Assembly (NCBI GenBank): GCA_041179645.1
Contig: JBEGSZ010000013.1
Location: 153,036 to 217,035 of the forward strand
Source: Pseudomonadota bacterium
GTDB taxonomy: Bacteria; Pseudomonadota; Gammaproteobacteria; Burkholderiales; Burkholderiaceae
DNA: 64,000 nt
Direction: 5' to 3'
Shown: positions 42,803 to 53,010 of the stretch, piece by piece
Numbering within the stretch: position 1 is the stretch's first letter
Layout: each line of letters begins with the position of its first letter
Program-made: the position numbers and the translations under genes
The notes under the pieces: generated by a model
Told to the model about the DNA's origin: nothing
Databases searched by the model: none
What the model saw: only the letters and a program-made list of their open reading frames with translations

Positions 42803-43525
42803 TTGACCCATATATTGGCCATCGACACCTCCTCGGCCTGGTGCTCGGTGGCTTTATCTTTAACTGATGCTGCGCCACTGGTTCGTCACCAAAAAGTGTC
42901 GGCTGGCGCTAGCCAACTCTTATTGCCTTGGGTTGAAGAGTTGCTATCTGAAGCCTCAATAGGCATCTCTGCCCTAGATGCGATTGCTATTGGCCATGGT
43001 CCAGGAGCCTTTACAGGAGTTCGTTTAGGGGTTGCCGCTGTTCAGGGGCTCGCCATTGCAGCGAGGCTGCCTGTTTTGCCCGTAGCGAGTCTAGATGCTA
43101 TTGCCAGCCAACTTGTTCAAACTCCTGCGTTTATATCTTCGGGAGCCCAGTCATTTGTAGTTGCAGTTGATGCTCGTATGGAAGAAGTTTATTGGGCCAC
43201 CTACAAGAATCTTGCAAGTCAGTTGCCTCAGCGCATGGGGGAAATTCATTTAAGCACCCCCGAAGGCATTCAACTGACTGATATTGATTTTCTAGCTGGT
43301 AGTGCGATTACGGAATTTGGTGATCGTGTCTTTGCCAGTGTTTCAAACCCATTTTCCGTCGGTCAACTTGATGCAACTATTGGGGTTAATGCCTTGGGTG
43401 TATTAGCCTGTGCTCAGGATATGTGGTCTAAAGGCTTGCAACAAGATGTCCATTTGCTTGAGCCACTCTATATTCGTAATAAAGTGGCATTGACCTCTGC
43501 CGAGCGAAGTCGCCAACATGGTTGA
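42803..43525 (+). CDS. tsaB: t6A biosynthesis protein TsaB
   Basis: ILAIDTS, GPGAFTGVRLG, DARMEEVY, EPLYIRNKVA. Confidence 0.95.
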   Translation: MTHILAIDTSSAWCSVALSLTDAAPLVRHQKVSAGASQLLLPWVEELLSEASIGISALDAIAIGHGPGAFTGVRLGVAAVQGLAIAARLPVLPVASLDAIASQLVQTPAFISSGAQSFVVAVDARMEEVYWATYKNLASQLPQRMGEIHLSTPEGIQLTDIDFLAGSAITEFGDRVFASVSNPFSVGQLDATIGVNALGVLACAQDMWSKGLQQDVHLLEPLYIRNKVALTSAERSRQHG

Positions 43526-44063
43526 TAGTAGTAAATCATTGCAGTCTGGTACTGAGGGTGTATCGGAACTCTCTTTTCTGCCTATGACGGTGGCAGATTT
43601 AGAATCTGTCCTAGCCATTGAATCTGTTTCGCATATTCATCCTTGGACAAAAGGCAATTTCTCAGATTCATTGGCTGCCGGTCATTGGGCATATTGCGTC
43701 AGGCCGCAATTATCAGATGCAGTAAAAGGTAGCTATTTGGATCCAGAAATTCTCTGGGCTTATTGCATTTTATTTCCGGCGGTTGATGAGTTGCATCTTC
43801 TTAACATTACGGTTTCTCCAAAGTTGCGTCGTTTGGGCATTGGCTTAAAAATGATGAATGCAATTGAGGGTGTAGCGGCACAGCAAAAAATGCCCCGCAT
43901 TATTTTAGAGGTTCGACCTACCAATGATTCAGCCCTAAAGCTTTATCAAAGCCTGGGATACGAGCAAATTGGTGTGCGCAAGAACTACTACCCAGTTGAT
44001 GCCGTCAGTGGGGTGCGTGAAGATGCCTTGGTTTTAGCTAAATCGATTAAGCTTGAGGCATGA
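43518..44063 (+). CDS. rimI: Ribosomal protein S18 acetyltransferase
   Basis: HPWTKGNF, DELHLLNITV, LEVRPTN, RKNYYP..EDALVL. Confidence 0.92.
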   Translation: MVDSSKSLQSGTEGVSELSFLPMTVADLESVLAIESVSHIHPWTKGNFSDSLAAGHWAYCVRPQLSDAVKGSYLDPEILWAYCILFPAVDELHLLNITVSPKLRRLGIGLKMMNAIEGVAAQQKMPRIILEVRPTNDSALKLYQSLGYEQIGVRKNYYPVDAVSGVREDALVLAKSIKLEA

Positions 44064-44614
44064 GTACAAACTCCATATTTCTTAAAGAGATGGGTATCAC
44101 CGAGTGGACCTCGAGAGATGCCGTTCCAGCGCTATCCCCTGAAATCATTGTTGCTGAGGCATCTCAGAATCAAGCCGATACAAACGCTCCTACATCTTCG
44201 GTTGTGGATGAAATGCAAGAGAGGGTTTCTGGGGGAATGTGGTGGTTTTACGGCAATAAACCCCAAGGTGACGCCGAAGTACTTTTTCAGAACGCCATTC
44301 GTGTTCTGGGTTTAACTCCACAAGAATGGTCCTGGAAAAATCTATCAGAACAATTTAATCCTGAGCAGCTGCCTCAAGACGGAACGCCCATAGTGGCTCT
44401 GGCTTTTGGGGGAGCTGCTGCTCAAAAATTATCAGGTGAACGGGATGCGCTTCCCGAGCTTCGCGAAACTGTTTTGGCAATTAATTTAGACGGTGCGGAG
44501 GATCTTCCGCTGATTGCTACTTTTGAGTTAAATCAATTGATCGCTAGGCCAAAGGATAAGGCGCTATTTTGGCAGGATCTATTGCTTGCTAAATCGGTAT
44601 TGCAAAATATCTAA
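44060..44614 (+). CDS. Degenerate uracil-DNA-glycosylase-fold / DNA Pol III psi-like protein
   Basis: N-terminal FLKEMGITEW; C-terminal LIATFELNQLIARPKDKALFWQDL; no Cys; coupled to rimI. Confidence 0.6.
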   Translation: MSTNSIFLKEMGITEWTSRDAVPALSPEIIVAEASQNQADTNAPTSSVVDEMQERVSGGMWWFYGNKPQGDAEVLFQNAIRVLGLTPQEWSWKNLSEQFNPEQLPQDGTPIVALAFGGAAAQKLSGERDALPELRETVLAINLDGAEDLPLIATFELNQLIARPKDKALFWQDLLLAKSVLQNI

Positions 44615-44623
44615 GCCTTGCGC

Positions 44624-45943
44624 TTAGTGCTTGTGCTCACCAATTAAATGCATGGAGTCATATTCGGCCTGATTGGCAGCATGACGTTTAATGACTAGCC
44701 ACATGATCGCGCTTACTGCAACGCCAAAGCCAATAATCACCGCCTGAATTGGCGCATCTAGCCAAATTAGCCCGGAATAAATCAATAGCATCATGAGGAC
44801 GGAAATATTCTCATTAAAGTTTTGCACGGCAATGGAATGGCCTGCAGACATCAAAACATGTCCGCGATGCTGAAGTAACGCATTCATCGGCACCACAAAA
44901 TAGCCTGCTAACCAGCCAACTAATACCAGTAGGAAATAGGCTGGTAGCAGATTAAGTGAAATCTCAAACTTACCAATAGTCCAAATGCTAGTGCTGGGCA
45001 ACATATCAGAGTTGTAGATTGCCATGACACAGACAACCAGACCCATGGCAATCCCGTAAGGGAGGACCTTGAGTGAGTTCTTGAGGGGGACGCGCCAAGC
45101 GGCCCATACAGCGCCTCCAGCAACGCCGAACGCTGAGATCGCTTGAAGAATGGCGCCTTGAGACAGGGTCATGTGAAGAGCAACCTGCGCCCATTTAATA
45201 ACAATGAACTGCAGGGTGGCACCAGCGCCCCAAAACAAGGTGGTTACTGCCAAAGAAATCTGACCAAGACGATCAGCCCACAGAGTTTTAAAGCAGACAG
45301 CAAAATCCTTTACTAGCTCGATTGGGTTGGTTTTCTGAGACTCATAACGTGCCCCGGTGTCTGGAATACGTAAATTAATGAGGGCTGCCAAGACGTAAAT
45401 CATCATGATGATCAGAATGGCAGACTCTGCGGCCGTATCAATGCTGGTCTCGAGTATGGGCATATCGAAGCCTAAGAGGCTTTCGGATACGGATTTACTA
45501 ATGAGCACGCCTCCCAGCACGGTACCCATGATGATCGACCCAACCGTCAGGCCTTCAATCCAGCCGTTGGCTGCAACAAGCTTTTCCGGAGGGAGTAGCT
45601 CGGTCAAAATACCGTATTTAGCGGGAGAGTAGGCGGCAGCACCTAGACCAACAATTGCATAGGCAAGTAAAGGGTGGCTACCAAATAGCATCACTACGCA
45701 ACCAACAAATTTAATCGTATTGGTGATGAACATGACATTGCCCTTTGGGCGGGAGTCTGCAAAGGCTCCAACGAAGGCTGCCAGCAATACATAGGAGAGA
45801 ACGAAGAATAATTTGAGTAAAGGAGTCATCCAGGCCGGAGCATTTAGCTGGACCAAGAGGGCGATTGCTGCGATCAGCAATGCGTTATCAGCAAGCGACG
45901 AAAAAAATTGCGCCGCCATAATGATGTAAAAACTGCGGTTCAT
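44624..45943 (-). CDS. lplT: Lysophospholipid transporter
   Basis: AQFFSSLADNALL, AAYSPAKYGILTE, VVPMNALLQHRG, AVQNFNEN. Confidence 0.93.
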   Translation of the reverse strand: MNRSFYIIMAAQFFSSLADNALLIAAIALLVQLNAPAWMTPLLKLFFVLSYVLLAAFVGAFADSRPKGNVMFITNTIKFVGCVVMLFGSHPLLAYAIVGLGAAAYSPAKYGILTELLPPEKLVAANGWIEGLTVGSIIMGTVLGGVLISKSVSESLLGFDMPILETSIDTAAESAILIIMMIYVLAALINLRIPDTGARYESQKTNPIELVKDFAVCFKTLWADRLGQISLAVTTLFWGAGATLQFIVIKWAQVALHMTLSQGAILQAISAFGVAGGAVWAAWRVPLKNSLKVLPYGIAMGLVVCVMAIYNSDMLPSTSIWTIGKFEISLNLLPAYFLLVLVGWLAGYFVVPMNALLQHRGHVLMSAGHSIAVQNFNENISVLMMLLIYSGLIWLDAPIQAVIIGFGVAVSAIMWLVIKRHAANQAEYDSMHLIGEHKH

Positions 45944-45993
45944 TCGTACAATCTAGTCATTACTGTAATTAAAGCATGAAAGGAGGGGTGGAT

Positions 45994-47118
45994 ATGAGCT
46001 TGTCAGCTAATCGCTTGATTAATAGGCCAATTCTGGCAACTATACACACAGATGCCTTTCGTCATAATCTGGGTCGTATTCGCGAGATTGCCCCTGAATC
46101 TAAGATTTGGGCGGTTGTGAAGGCTAAAGCCTACGGCCATAGTCTAGAGGCAGCCTTTAAAGGCCTTGAATCTACTGATGGTTTTGCCTTGCTTGATATT
46201 GCGGATGCGCAATGGTTAAGAGACCATGGCTGGCAAGGTCGCATTCTTTTGCTGGAAGGCCTTTTTAGTCAACAGGAGCTTGAGTTGGCAAGCAAGCTCC
46301 AATGTGATTTGGTGGTTCACAGCGAGAAGCAAGTCACCTGGCTTGAGTCCTTCGTTAATCATTCTGGTCACCCAATCAATGTATTTTTGAAGCTGAATTC
46401 AGGAATGAATCGGCTTGGCTTTAGGGCTGCTGATTACCGCACAGCTTTTCATCGCCTTCATGCTGCTGGTTATCACCTGCATCACATGACGCATTTTGCT
46501 AATGCCGATCAAGTGGATGGCTCACCATCGGTCGGGGAGCAAATGGAATGTTTTGAGAAGGCCATTGAGGATCTGCAAGCCTCCACCTCATTGGCTAATT
46601 CAGCGGCAATACTCTGGCATCGCAATGCTCTGGGTGATTGGGTTCGCCCCGGCATTATGTTGTACGGCGTTTCACCTACTGGAATACATGCAGACATTGT
46701 TCGATCTGAACTTCAAGCGGTGATGCAGCTTCGCAGTGAAATCATCGATATTCAAGAATTGAAGAAAGGCGATTACGTTGGTTACGGTGGGCGTTATCAG
46801 GCTCCGGAAGACATGCGTATCGGCATCATTGCTTGTGGCTATGCTGATGGCTATCCGCGCCATGCGGAAGATGGCGCACCTGTTTGGGTTGATGCCGCCG
46901 ACGCCCACGGCGATGGCGTGATTTGTCCGATTGTTGGTCGTGTCTCCATGGACATGTTGACGATTGATTTACGTGAGGCACCCAACGCCAAGATTGGTAG
47001 CACGGTAGAACTATGGGGTAATGAAGTGCCGGTAGATGATGTGGCTCAAATGAGTGGAACCATTGGCTATGAACTTATTTGCGCATTGGCACAGAGAGTC
47101 CCAGTTGTGATCAAGTAG
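45994..47118 (+). CDS. alr: Alanine racemase
   Basis: WAVVKAKAYGH PLP-Lys motif, SGMNRLG, RPGIMLYG, GYADG, GRVSMD; AGGAGG 7 nt upstream. Confidence 0.95.
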   Translation: MSLSANRLINRPILATIHTDAFRHNLGRIREIAPESKIWAVVKAKAYGHSLEAAFKGLESTDGFALLDIADAQWLRDHGWQGRILLLEGLFSQQELELASKLQCDLVVHSEKQVTWLESFVNHSGHPINVFLKLNSGMNRLGFRAADYRTAFHRLHAAGYHLHHMTHFANADQVDGSPSVGEQMECFEKAIEDLQASTSLANSAAILWHRNALGDWVRPGIMLYGVSPTGIHADIVRSELQAVMQLRSEIIDIQELKKGDYVGYGGRYQAPEDMRIGIIACGYADGYPRHAEDGAPVWVDAADAHGDGVICPIVGRVSMDMLTIDLREAPNAKIGSTVELWGNEVPVDDVAQMSGTIGYELICALAQRVPVVIK

Positions 47119-47136
47119 CACAACGCTACTTGATTT

Positions 47137-48009
47137 TTACTTGTTCCAGATTTGCCACCAACGACGTTCTTTTTGAACGCGTTGACCAGTAATCATCATC
47201 TGGCTGTCTGGAAAATTGAGCTTGAATACACGAGCAGCATCATTGCTGAGATCAGTCATACCCAACTTCTCATAAGACTTGGTGAGAAGGTAAAGAGCTT
47301 CTTCAACAGCGGGTGCACGATCATAGTCACGAATCACGAGTTGCGCTCTATTGGCGGATGCTAAATAAGCACCGCGTTGATAGTAAAAGCGAGCCACAAT
47401 CACATCCGCTTCGGCAAGTGAGTTCACGATGTAGCGCATACGGTCTAAAGAGTCCGGCGCATATTTACTATCGGGAAAGCGCTCAACCACAACCTTGAAA
47501 GACTCAAAGGCCTCTTTAGCCGCCTTTGGATCCCGCTCGCTTAAATCTTGTCCCGTGAACTTGCCCAGCCAGCCTAAATCATCATTAAAACTAATTAAGC
47601 CCTTAAGGTAGTAGCCGTAATCTAAATTGGGGCTGCCTTGATGAAGTTTAATGAAGCGATCGATTGCAACCTGGGCTTGCGCTTGCTCTTGTGCTTTCCA
47701 GTAGCAGTAAGCCGCATTAATTTGCGCTTGCTGAGAGTAGGGTCCAAAAGGAAAGCGTCCCTCTAGCTTTTCAAAATATTTGCCGCACTTCGCATAATCG
47801 GCATCCTTCAGTTTGTCAGTTGCTTCGGAATACAGCTTGGTTTCCGACCAAATATCAGCATCATCCTTTTGGCCGTCGCTACCAGCGCACCCACTAAGAA
47901 CTAAGCAGGCTGCACTAGCTCCAACAAATAAAGAAATAAGGGATTTTCTGGAAGATGACCCAACACTAGCAGCAAGCCTTAAACTGGCGTCTGTAATAAC
48001 GTCCGACAT
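47137..48009 (-). CDS. bamD: Outer membrane protein assembly factor BamD
   Basis: Lipobox LSGC, TPR-like repeats, ERDPKAA, FPDSKYA; divergent from rluD. Confidence 0.93.
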   Translation of the reverse strand: MSDVITDASLRLAASVGSSSRKSLISLFVGASAACLVLSGCAGSDGQKDDADIWSETKLYSEATDKLKDADYAKCGKYFEKLEGRFPFGPYSQQAQINAAYCYWKAQEQAQAQVAIDRFIKLHQGSPNLDYGYYLKGLISFNDDLGWLGKFTGQDLSERDPKAAKEAFESFKVVVERFPDSKYAPDSLDRMRYIVNSLAEADVIVARFYYQRGAYLASANRAQLVIRDYDRAPAVEEALYLLTKSYEKLGMTDLSNDAARVFKLNFPDSQMMITGQRVQKERRWWQIWNK

Positions 48010-48029
48010 AACTAAAAGGCTCTTTAAGC

Positions 48030-49070
48030 GTGGCATTGCCGCATACTCCCGATTCGAATCCCATTGATTATATCGATGATGAGGATTTCATAGCTCTAGA
48101 AGTTCCCCCTGAGGTCTGCGGGGAGCGTTTAGATAAGTTCCTTGGCGGTGCTTTGCCGGATTATTCACGTAATCGGCTTCAGGACTGGGTTGAAGCTGGG
48201 GCGGTTACCGTCGACGGAAAAGCGACCAAAGTCCGCCATTTACTCCGTGGGGGCGAGAGTATTAAGGTTTTTCCACAAGAAATGCCAGAGCAATTTGCCT
48301 TTGCCCCGGAAGACATTTCGCTTGATGTCGTCTATGAAGATAGCTCAATTATTGTGCTTAATAAACCGGCAGGGCTCGTGGTTCATCCTGCCGCTGGTAA
48401 TTGGACGGGAACCCTATTAAATGGCCTATTGCACCGTTTTCCTGAGCTAAAACAACTTCCGAGGGCCGGAATTGTGCACCGCTTAGATAAAGATACCTCA
48501 GGGCTAATGGTGGTGGCCCGTACAGATATCGCGCAAACCTCACTGGTAAAGCAGCTGCAGGAGCGCACAGTCGGACGTCGTTACCTTTCTTTGGTGTGGG
48601 GTGATGCGCCATCACAAGGTAAGGTGCTAGCAACTGTTGGTCGTGATCAGCGTGATCGCCTCAAAATGGCGGCTGGCTCCGCCCAAGGCAAACCTGCAGC
48701 TACTTTATTTCGACGCCTGGCTAAAGGTGCATTTTCAGAGACCCCAGTTGCCTTACTGGAATGTCGGCTGGAAACAGGTCGAACTCACCAAATCCGTGTG
48801 CATCTAGAGTCCCTGGGCTTTCCGTTGTTAGGTGATCCGGTTTACCGCAAGAGAACGCCTGGTGTTGCTAAATTACTCCCTTTTAGCCGTCAAGCCTTGC
48901 ATGCTTATGCCCTTAGCTTGCAGCATCCAGCAACACAGGAGCTGATGACCTGGTTTAGATTGCCCCCGCAAGATATATTGGATTTGTTGCCCATAGTTGG
49001 GATGGGGGAGGCGGACTTACCAAAAGAAGTGGTCTTAATGGCATCCATCAAAAATGATCAACGTAATTAA
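48030..49070 (+). CDS. rluD: 23S rRNA pseudouridine synthase
   Basis: S4 domain, NKPAGLVVHP, HRLDKDTSG, GRTHQIRVH. Confidence 0.95.
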   Translation: MALPHTPDSNPIDYIDDEDFIALEVPPEVCGERLDKFLGGALPDYSRNRLQDWVEAGAVTVDGKATKVRHLLRGGESIKVFPQEMPEQFAFAPEDISLDVVYEDSSIIVLNKPAGLVVHPAAGNWTGTLLNGLLHRFPELKQLPRAGIVHRLDKDTSGLMVVARTDIAQTSLVKQLQERTVGRRYLSLVWGDAPSQGKVLATVGRDQRDRLKMAAGSAQGKPAATLFRRLAKGAFSETPVALLECRLETGRTHQIRVHLESLGFPLLGDPVYRKRTPGVAKLLPFSRQALHAYALSLQHPATQELMTWFRLPPQDILDLLPIVGMGEADLPKEVVLMASIKNDQRN

Positions 49071-49833
49071 GCAAATCAAGCCAAGCTGGGTTGTACCGCA
49101 GCAAATTAAGGCTTTTTGCACCACTCGGGAGGGTGGGGTTAGTAATGCCCCTTTCAACAGCCTCAATCTTGGCCTCAATGCGGGTGATGTTGCGGCAGAT
49201 GTTCTCCATAATCGCAGCATCGTGCGATCACATCTCCCTACTGAACCACTTTGGCTGAAACAGATTCATGGCATGACCGTAAGCACTCCAGTTTCTAGGA
49301 ATGCGTTAACTGGAAAACCAATTGAGGCGGATGCTGCAGTCACCAATATTCCAAATGAGGTACTGGCGATTCTGACTGCGGATTGTATGCCAGTCTTGTT
49401 TGCAAGTAAGGGGGGTGGTGTTATTGGAGCAGCACATGCAGGCTGGCGTGGTCTGAGTGGTGGCGTTCTTGAAAATACTCTTCAAGCAATGCTTGCCTTA
49501 TCGCCAGGGCTCAGCCCGAAAGATATTGTTGCATGGATGGGTCCGGCCATTGGTTCAACAGCTTTTGAGGTAGGTGAGGATGTGCTCGATGCTTTTTCTG
49601 TCCAGAGATCGGCCATCTTATTGGAGGCATTTGAACCCATTGCTGGAAGTCCCGGAAAGTATTTAGCCAATTTATATCTACTGGCTCAAGATCGCTTACG
49701 TTCAATTGGCATCGAAAAAATCTATGGCGGCGACTTTTGTACCTTCAATGATTCAGAGAAATTCTTTTCATATCGCAAAGATAAGAAAACTGGCCGCTTT
49801 GCTTCCTTGATTTGGATTTCTAGTGCAACATAA
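49054..49833 (+). CDS. pgeF: PgeF/YfiH family protein
   Basis: TTREGGVS, LTADCMPV, AHAGWRG, FFSYR. Confidence 0.93.
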   Translation: MINVIKQIKPSWVVPQQIKAFCTTREGGVSNAPFNSLNLGLNAGDVAADVLHNRSIVRSHLPTEPLWLKQIHGMTVSTPVSRNALTGKPIEADAAVTNIPNEVLAILTADCMPVLFASKGGGVIGAAHAGWRGLSGGVLENTLQAMLALSPGLSPKDIVAWMGPAIGSTAFEVGEDVLDAFSVQRSAILLEAFEPIAGSPGKYLANLYLLAQDRLRSIGIEKIYGGDFCTFNDSEKFFSYRKDKKTGRFASLIWISSAT

Positions 49834-49934
49834 CTTGGGGTTATTACTAGCTTAGCTCTAGGGCTAGGGTTAGTGCGTATAACCCTTCCAGCCTGATGGA
49901 TGCAGAATGGTCTCTATAACTTTACGAGATCATT

Positions 49935-51569
49935 ATGTTTGCAGGTATGAATACAGGTGTTGCGCCATCATTGGCTCCGCACCACATGGCATTAATTCCA
50001 CAAGAGCGTTTAGCAGAAATTCAGAAAGAATACTTCGCTGAATTTGCTCACCTTGCAACCAATCCCGAAGCTATCGAAGTAAAGGATCGTCGTTTCTCGG
50101 GCAAAGCTTGGCATTCATCTTGGAGCAAGATGATTGCCGCAACATACCTCCTTAATTCCAAACATTTGCTTGCGCTTGCTAAAGCAGTTGAGACAGATGA
50201 AAAAACGAAAGCCAAAATTTTGTTCACTACAGAACAAATGATTGATGCTTTGTCACCATCAAATTTTATTGCCACTAACCCTGAGGTTCTAGAAAATATT
50301 ATTAGCTCACAAGGTCAATCCATTCAAAATGGGATAGTGAACTTGCTGGGGGATTTGAAAAAAGGCAAAGTGTCACTGACCGATGAAAGTGCATTTGAGG
50401 TTGGTAAAAATATTGCTACAACTGAAGGCCAGGTAGTATTTCGCAACGATCTTTTTGAGTTAATTCAATACACACCGCTTACCGACACAGTTTATGAGCG
50501 ACCATATTTAATGGTGCCACCTTGTATTAATAAGTACTACATATTAGATCTGCAACCTGATAACTCTGTTGTGCGTTACATGGTTGAGCAGGGTCACACC
50601 GTTTTCCTGGTTTCCTGGAAAAATCCTGACGCCTCCATGTCTAAGGTCACTTGGGATGATTACGTTGGTGAGGGCGTAATTAAAGCAATTGAGGTGACTA
50701 GGGAGATTGGTGCGACCGATCAGATTAATGTGCTTGGCTTTTGCGTTGGCGGCACTTTAACTTCTACTGCCTTAGCCGTATTGGCAGCGCGCAAAAAAGA
50801 TTACGTTGCCAGCTTAACTTTGCTCACCACGCTATTGGACTTCACTGATACTGGAGTTTTGGATGTCTTTATTGATGAGGGCATGGTGAAGCTTCGAGAG
50901 AGCACCATTGGCGGCGAGGGTGGTCATTTCGGAATGATGTCTGGTTTGGATCTGGGCAATACCTTCTCATTCTTGCGTCCAAACGATTTAGTTTGGAACT
51001 ATGTTGTTGAGAATTACTTAAAAGGAAATTCTCCGCCACCATTTGATTTGCTCTATTGGAATGGCGACTCCACCAATCTGCCTGGCCCAATGTATTGCTG
51101 GTATCTACGTCATACCTATCTACAAAATGAATTAATTAAACCAGGCAAGCTGACTGTGTGTGGTGAAAAGGTGGATTTAGGCAAGATTACGGTTCCAGCG
51201 TACATCTACGCCTCTCATGATGATCACATCGTGCCTTGGAAATCTGCTTATGAGTCTACCCATATTTTGAAGGGTAAGAATCAATTTGTTTTGGGTGCAT
51301 CAGGACATATTGCGGGGGTAATCAATCCGCCAGCAAAAAATAAGCGCCATTATTTTGAAAACAATAAGTTGGCGAAGACTGCAGATGAGTGGTTAGCTGC
51401 AGCAAAAGATATCAAGGGAAGTTGGTGGCCTAACTACGCTACTTGGTTAGAACAGTTTGGTGGCAAGAAAATTAAAGCTAGCAAAACGTTTGGTAATGCA
51501 CAGTACAAAAAACTAGAAGCAGCGCCTGGTAAGTACGTGAAAGAAAAAGTATCCGCAGCTGCTCAATAA
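49935..51569 (+). CDS. phaC: Class I polyhydroxyalkanoate synthase
   Basis: PPCINKYYILDL, lipase box GFCVGG, DHIVPW, SGHIAG. Confidence 0.96.
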   Translation: MFAGMNTGVAPSLAPHHMALIPQERLAEIQKEYFAEFAHLATNPEAIEVKDRRFSGKAWHSSWSKMIAATYLLNSKHLLALAKAVETDEKTKAKILFTTEQMIDALSPSNFIATNPEVLENIISSQGQSIQNGIVNLLGDLKKGKVSLTDESAFEVGKNIATTEGQVVFRNDLFELIQYTPLTDTVYERPYLMVPPCINKYYILDLQPDNSVVRYMVEQGHTVFLVSWKNPDASMSKVTWDDYVGEGVIKAIEVTREIGATDQINVLGFCVGGTLTSTALAVLAARKKDYVASLTLLTTLLDFTDTGVLDVFIDEGMVKLRESTIGGEGGHFGMMSGLDLGNTFSFLRPNDLVWNYVVENYLKGNSPPPFDLLYWNGDSTNLPGPMYCWYLRHTYLQNELIKPGKLTVCGEKVDLGKITVPAYIYASHDDHIVPWKSAYESTHILKGKNQFVLGASGHIAGVINPPAKNKRHYFENNKLAKTADEWLAAAKDIKGSWWPNYATWLEQFGGKKIKASKTFGNAQYKKLEAAPGKYVKEKVSAAAQ

Positions 51570-51590
51570 TATTTTCATAAGGGGAAATAC

Positions 51591-52331
51591 ATGTCTCAAA
51601 AGATTGCATACGTAACTGGTGGTATGGGTGGTATTGGCACTGCTATTTGTCAACGTCTTGCCAAGGATGGCTTCAAAGTCATCGCTGGTTGCGGTCCGAA
51701 CTCCCCACGTAAGGATCGCTGGCTTGGTGAGCAAAAGGCTTTGGGTTTTGACTTCATTGCTTCAGAAGGCAACGTTTCCGACTGGGACAGCACGGTTGCT
51801 GCATTTGATAAAGTTAAAGCTGAAGTAGGGCGTGTCGATGTTTTGGTGAATAACGCCGGTATTACCAAAGACAGCGTCTTTCGTAAAATGACTCCAGAGC
51901 AGTGGAAGGCTGTTATTGATACCAACCTCAACTCACTATTTAACGTGACCAAGCAAGTAGTTGATGGCATGGCTGATAACGGTTGGGGTCGCATTATCAA
52001 CATCTCTTCTGTAAACGGCCAGAAGGGTCAGTTTGGTCAATCTAATTATTCAACAGCAAAAGCAGGTTTGCACGGATTTACGATGGCCTTGTCACAAGAG
52101 CTGGCTTCCAAGGGTGTCACTGTCAATACAGTGTCTCCTGGGTATATCGGTACAGATATGGTCAAGGCTATTCGTGAAGATGTTCTGGAGAAGATTGTTG
52201 CTGGTGTTCCAGTTAAGCGCTTGGGCACTCCAGAAGAGATTGCTTCCATTTGTTGCTGGATCGCTTCTGACGATGGTGGTTATGCCACTGGTGCTGACTT
52301 CTCCTTGAATGGCGGTCTGCATACGGGCTAA
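51591..52331 (+). CDS. phaB: Acetoacetyl-CoA reductase
   Basis: VTGGMGGIG, NNAGIT, SSVNGQKGQFGQSNYSTAK. Confidence 0.96.
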   Translation: MSQKIAYVTGGMGGIGTAICQRLAKDGFKVIAGCGPNSPRKDRWLGEQKALGFDFIASEGNVSDWDSTVAAFDKVKAEVGRVDVLVNNAGITKDSVFRKMTPEQWKAVIDTNLNSLFNVTKQVVDGMADNGWGRIINISSVNGQKGQFGQSNYSTAKAGLHGFTMALSQELASKGVTVNTVSPGYIGTDMVKAIREDVLEKIVAGVPVKRLGTPEEIASICCWIASDDGGYATGADFSLNGGLHTG

Positions 52332-52447
52332 ACACCTTAAAAATGCAGTTTTAGTAGTGTGCTCATCGGCATATTTACCTTTAGGTCAAACTAGGGATAA
52401 ACTATGCCGATGTTGCATTGCAGTACCGAGAGTTAGGAAAAAATTAC

Positions 52448-53008
52448 ATGGCCACACGTTCAAAAAAAGCCGGCGATAGCCGCTTGATCAAGAAATACCC
52501 CAATCGTCGTTTATATGACACCCAAACCAGCACCTATGTCACGCTCGCTGATATTAAAAATTTAGTCATGACTGGCGATGCTTTTAGCGTGGTGGATGCA
52601 AAAACTGAAGATGACTTAACGCGCAATATCTTGCTACAAATTATTTTGGAGGAAGAGGCTGGCGGAGCGCCTGTTTTTTCTACCCAGATGCTTTCTCAGA
52701 TCATTCGCTTCTATGGAAACTCCATGCAAGGTTTGATGGGTAGCTACCTTGAAAAGACCATGCAGTCTTTTGTGGATATCCACAATAAGTTGGGCGATCA
52801 AACCCAGGGCTTGGGTGCAGGCAGCACTCCTGAAGCTTGGGCCAAGATGATGAATCTTCAAAACCCAATGATGCAAGGTTTAATGGCTGGCTATATGGAG
52901 CAAAGCAAAGATCTGTTTGTGAAGATGCAAGAGCAAATGCAAAACTCCCCATCGATATTTAGTGGCTTCCCATTTCCAGGTCAATCTAACCCAACAGAAA
53001 AAGAATAG
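52448..53008 (+). CDS. phaR: PHA synthesis repressor
   Basis: [33 protein letters not shown]; start moved to MATRSKK. Confidence 0.95.
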   Translation: MATRSKKAGDSRLIKKYPNRRLYDTQTSTYVTLADIKNLVMTGDAFSVVDAKTEDDLTRNILLQIILEEEAGGAPVFSTQMLSQIIRFYGNSMQGLMGSYLEKTMQSFVDIHNKLGDQTQGLGAGSTPEAWAKMMNLQNPMMQGLMAGYMEQSKDLFVKMQEQMQNSPSIFSGFPFPGQSNPTEKE

Positions 53009-53010
53009 TT

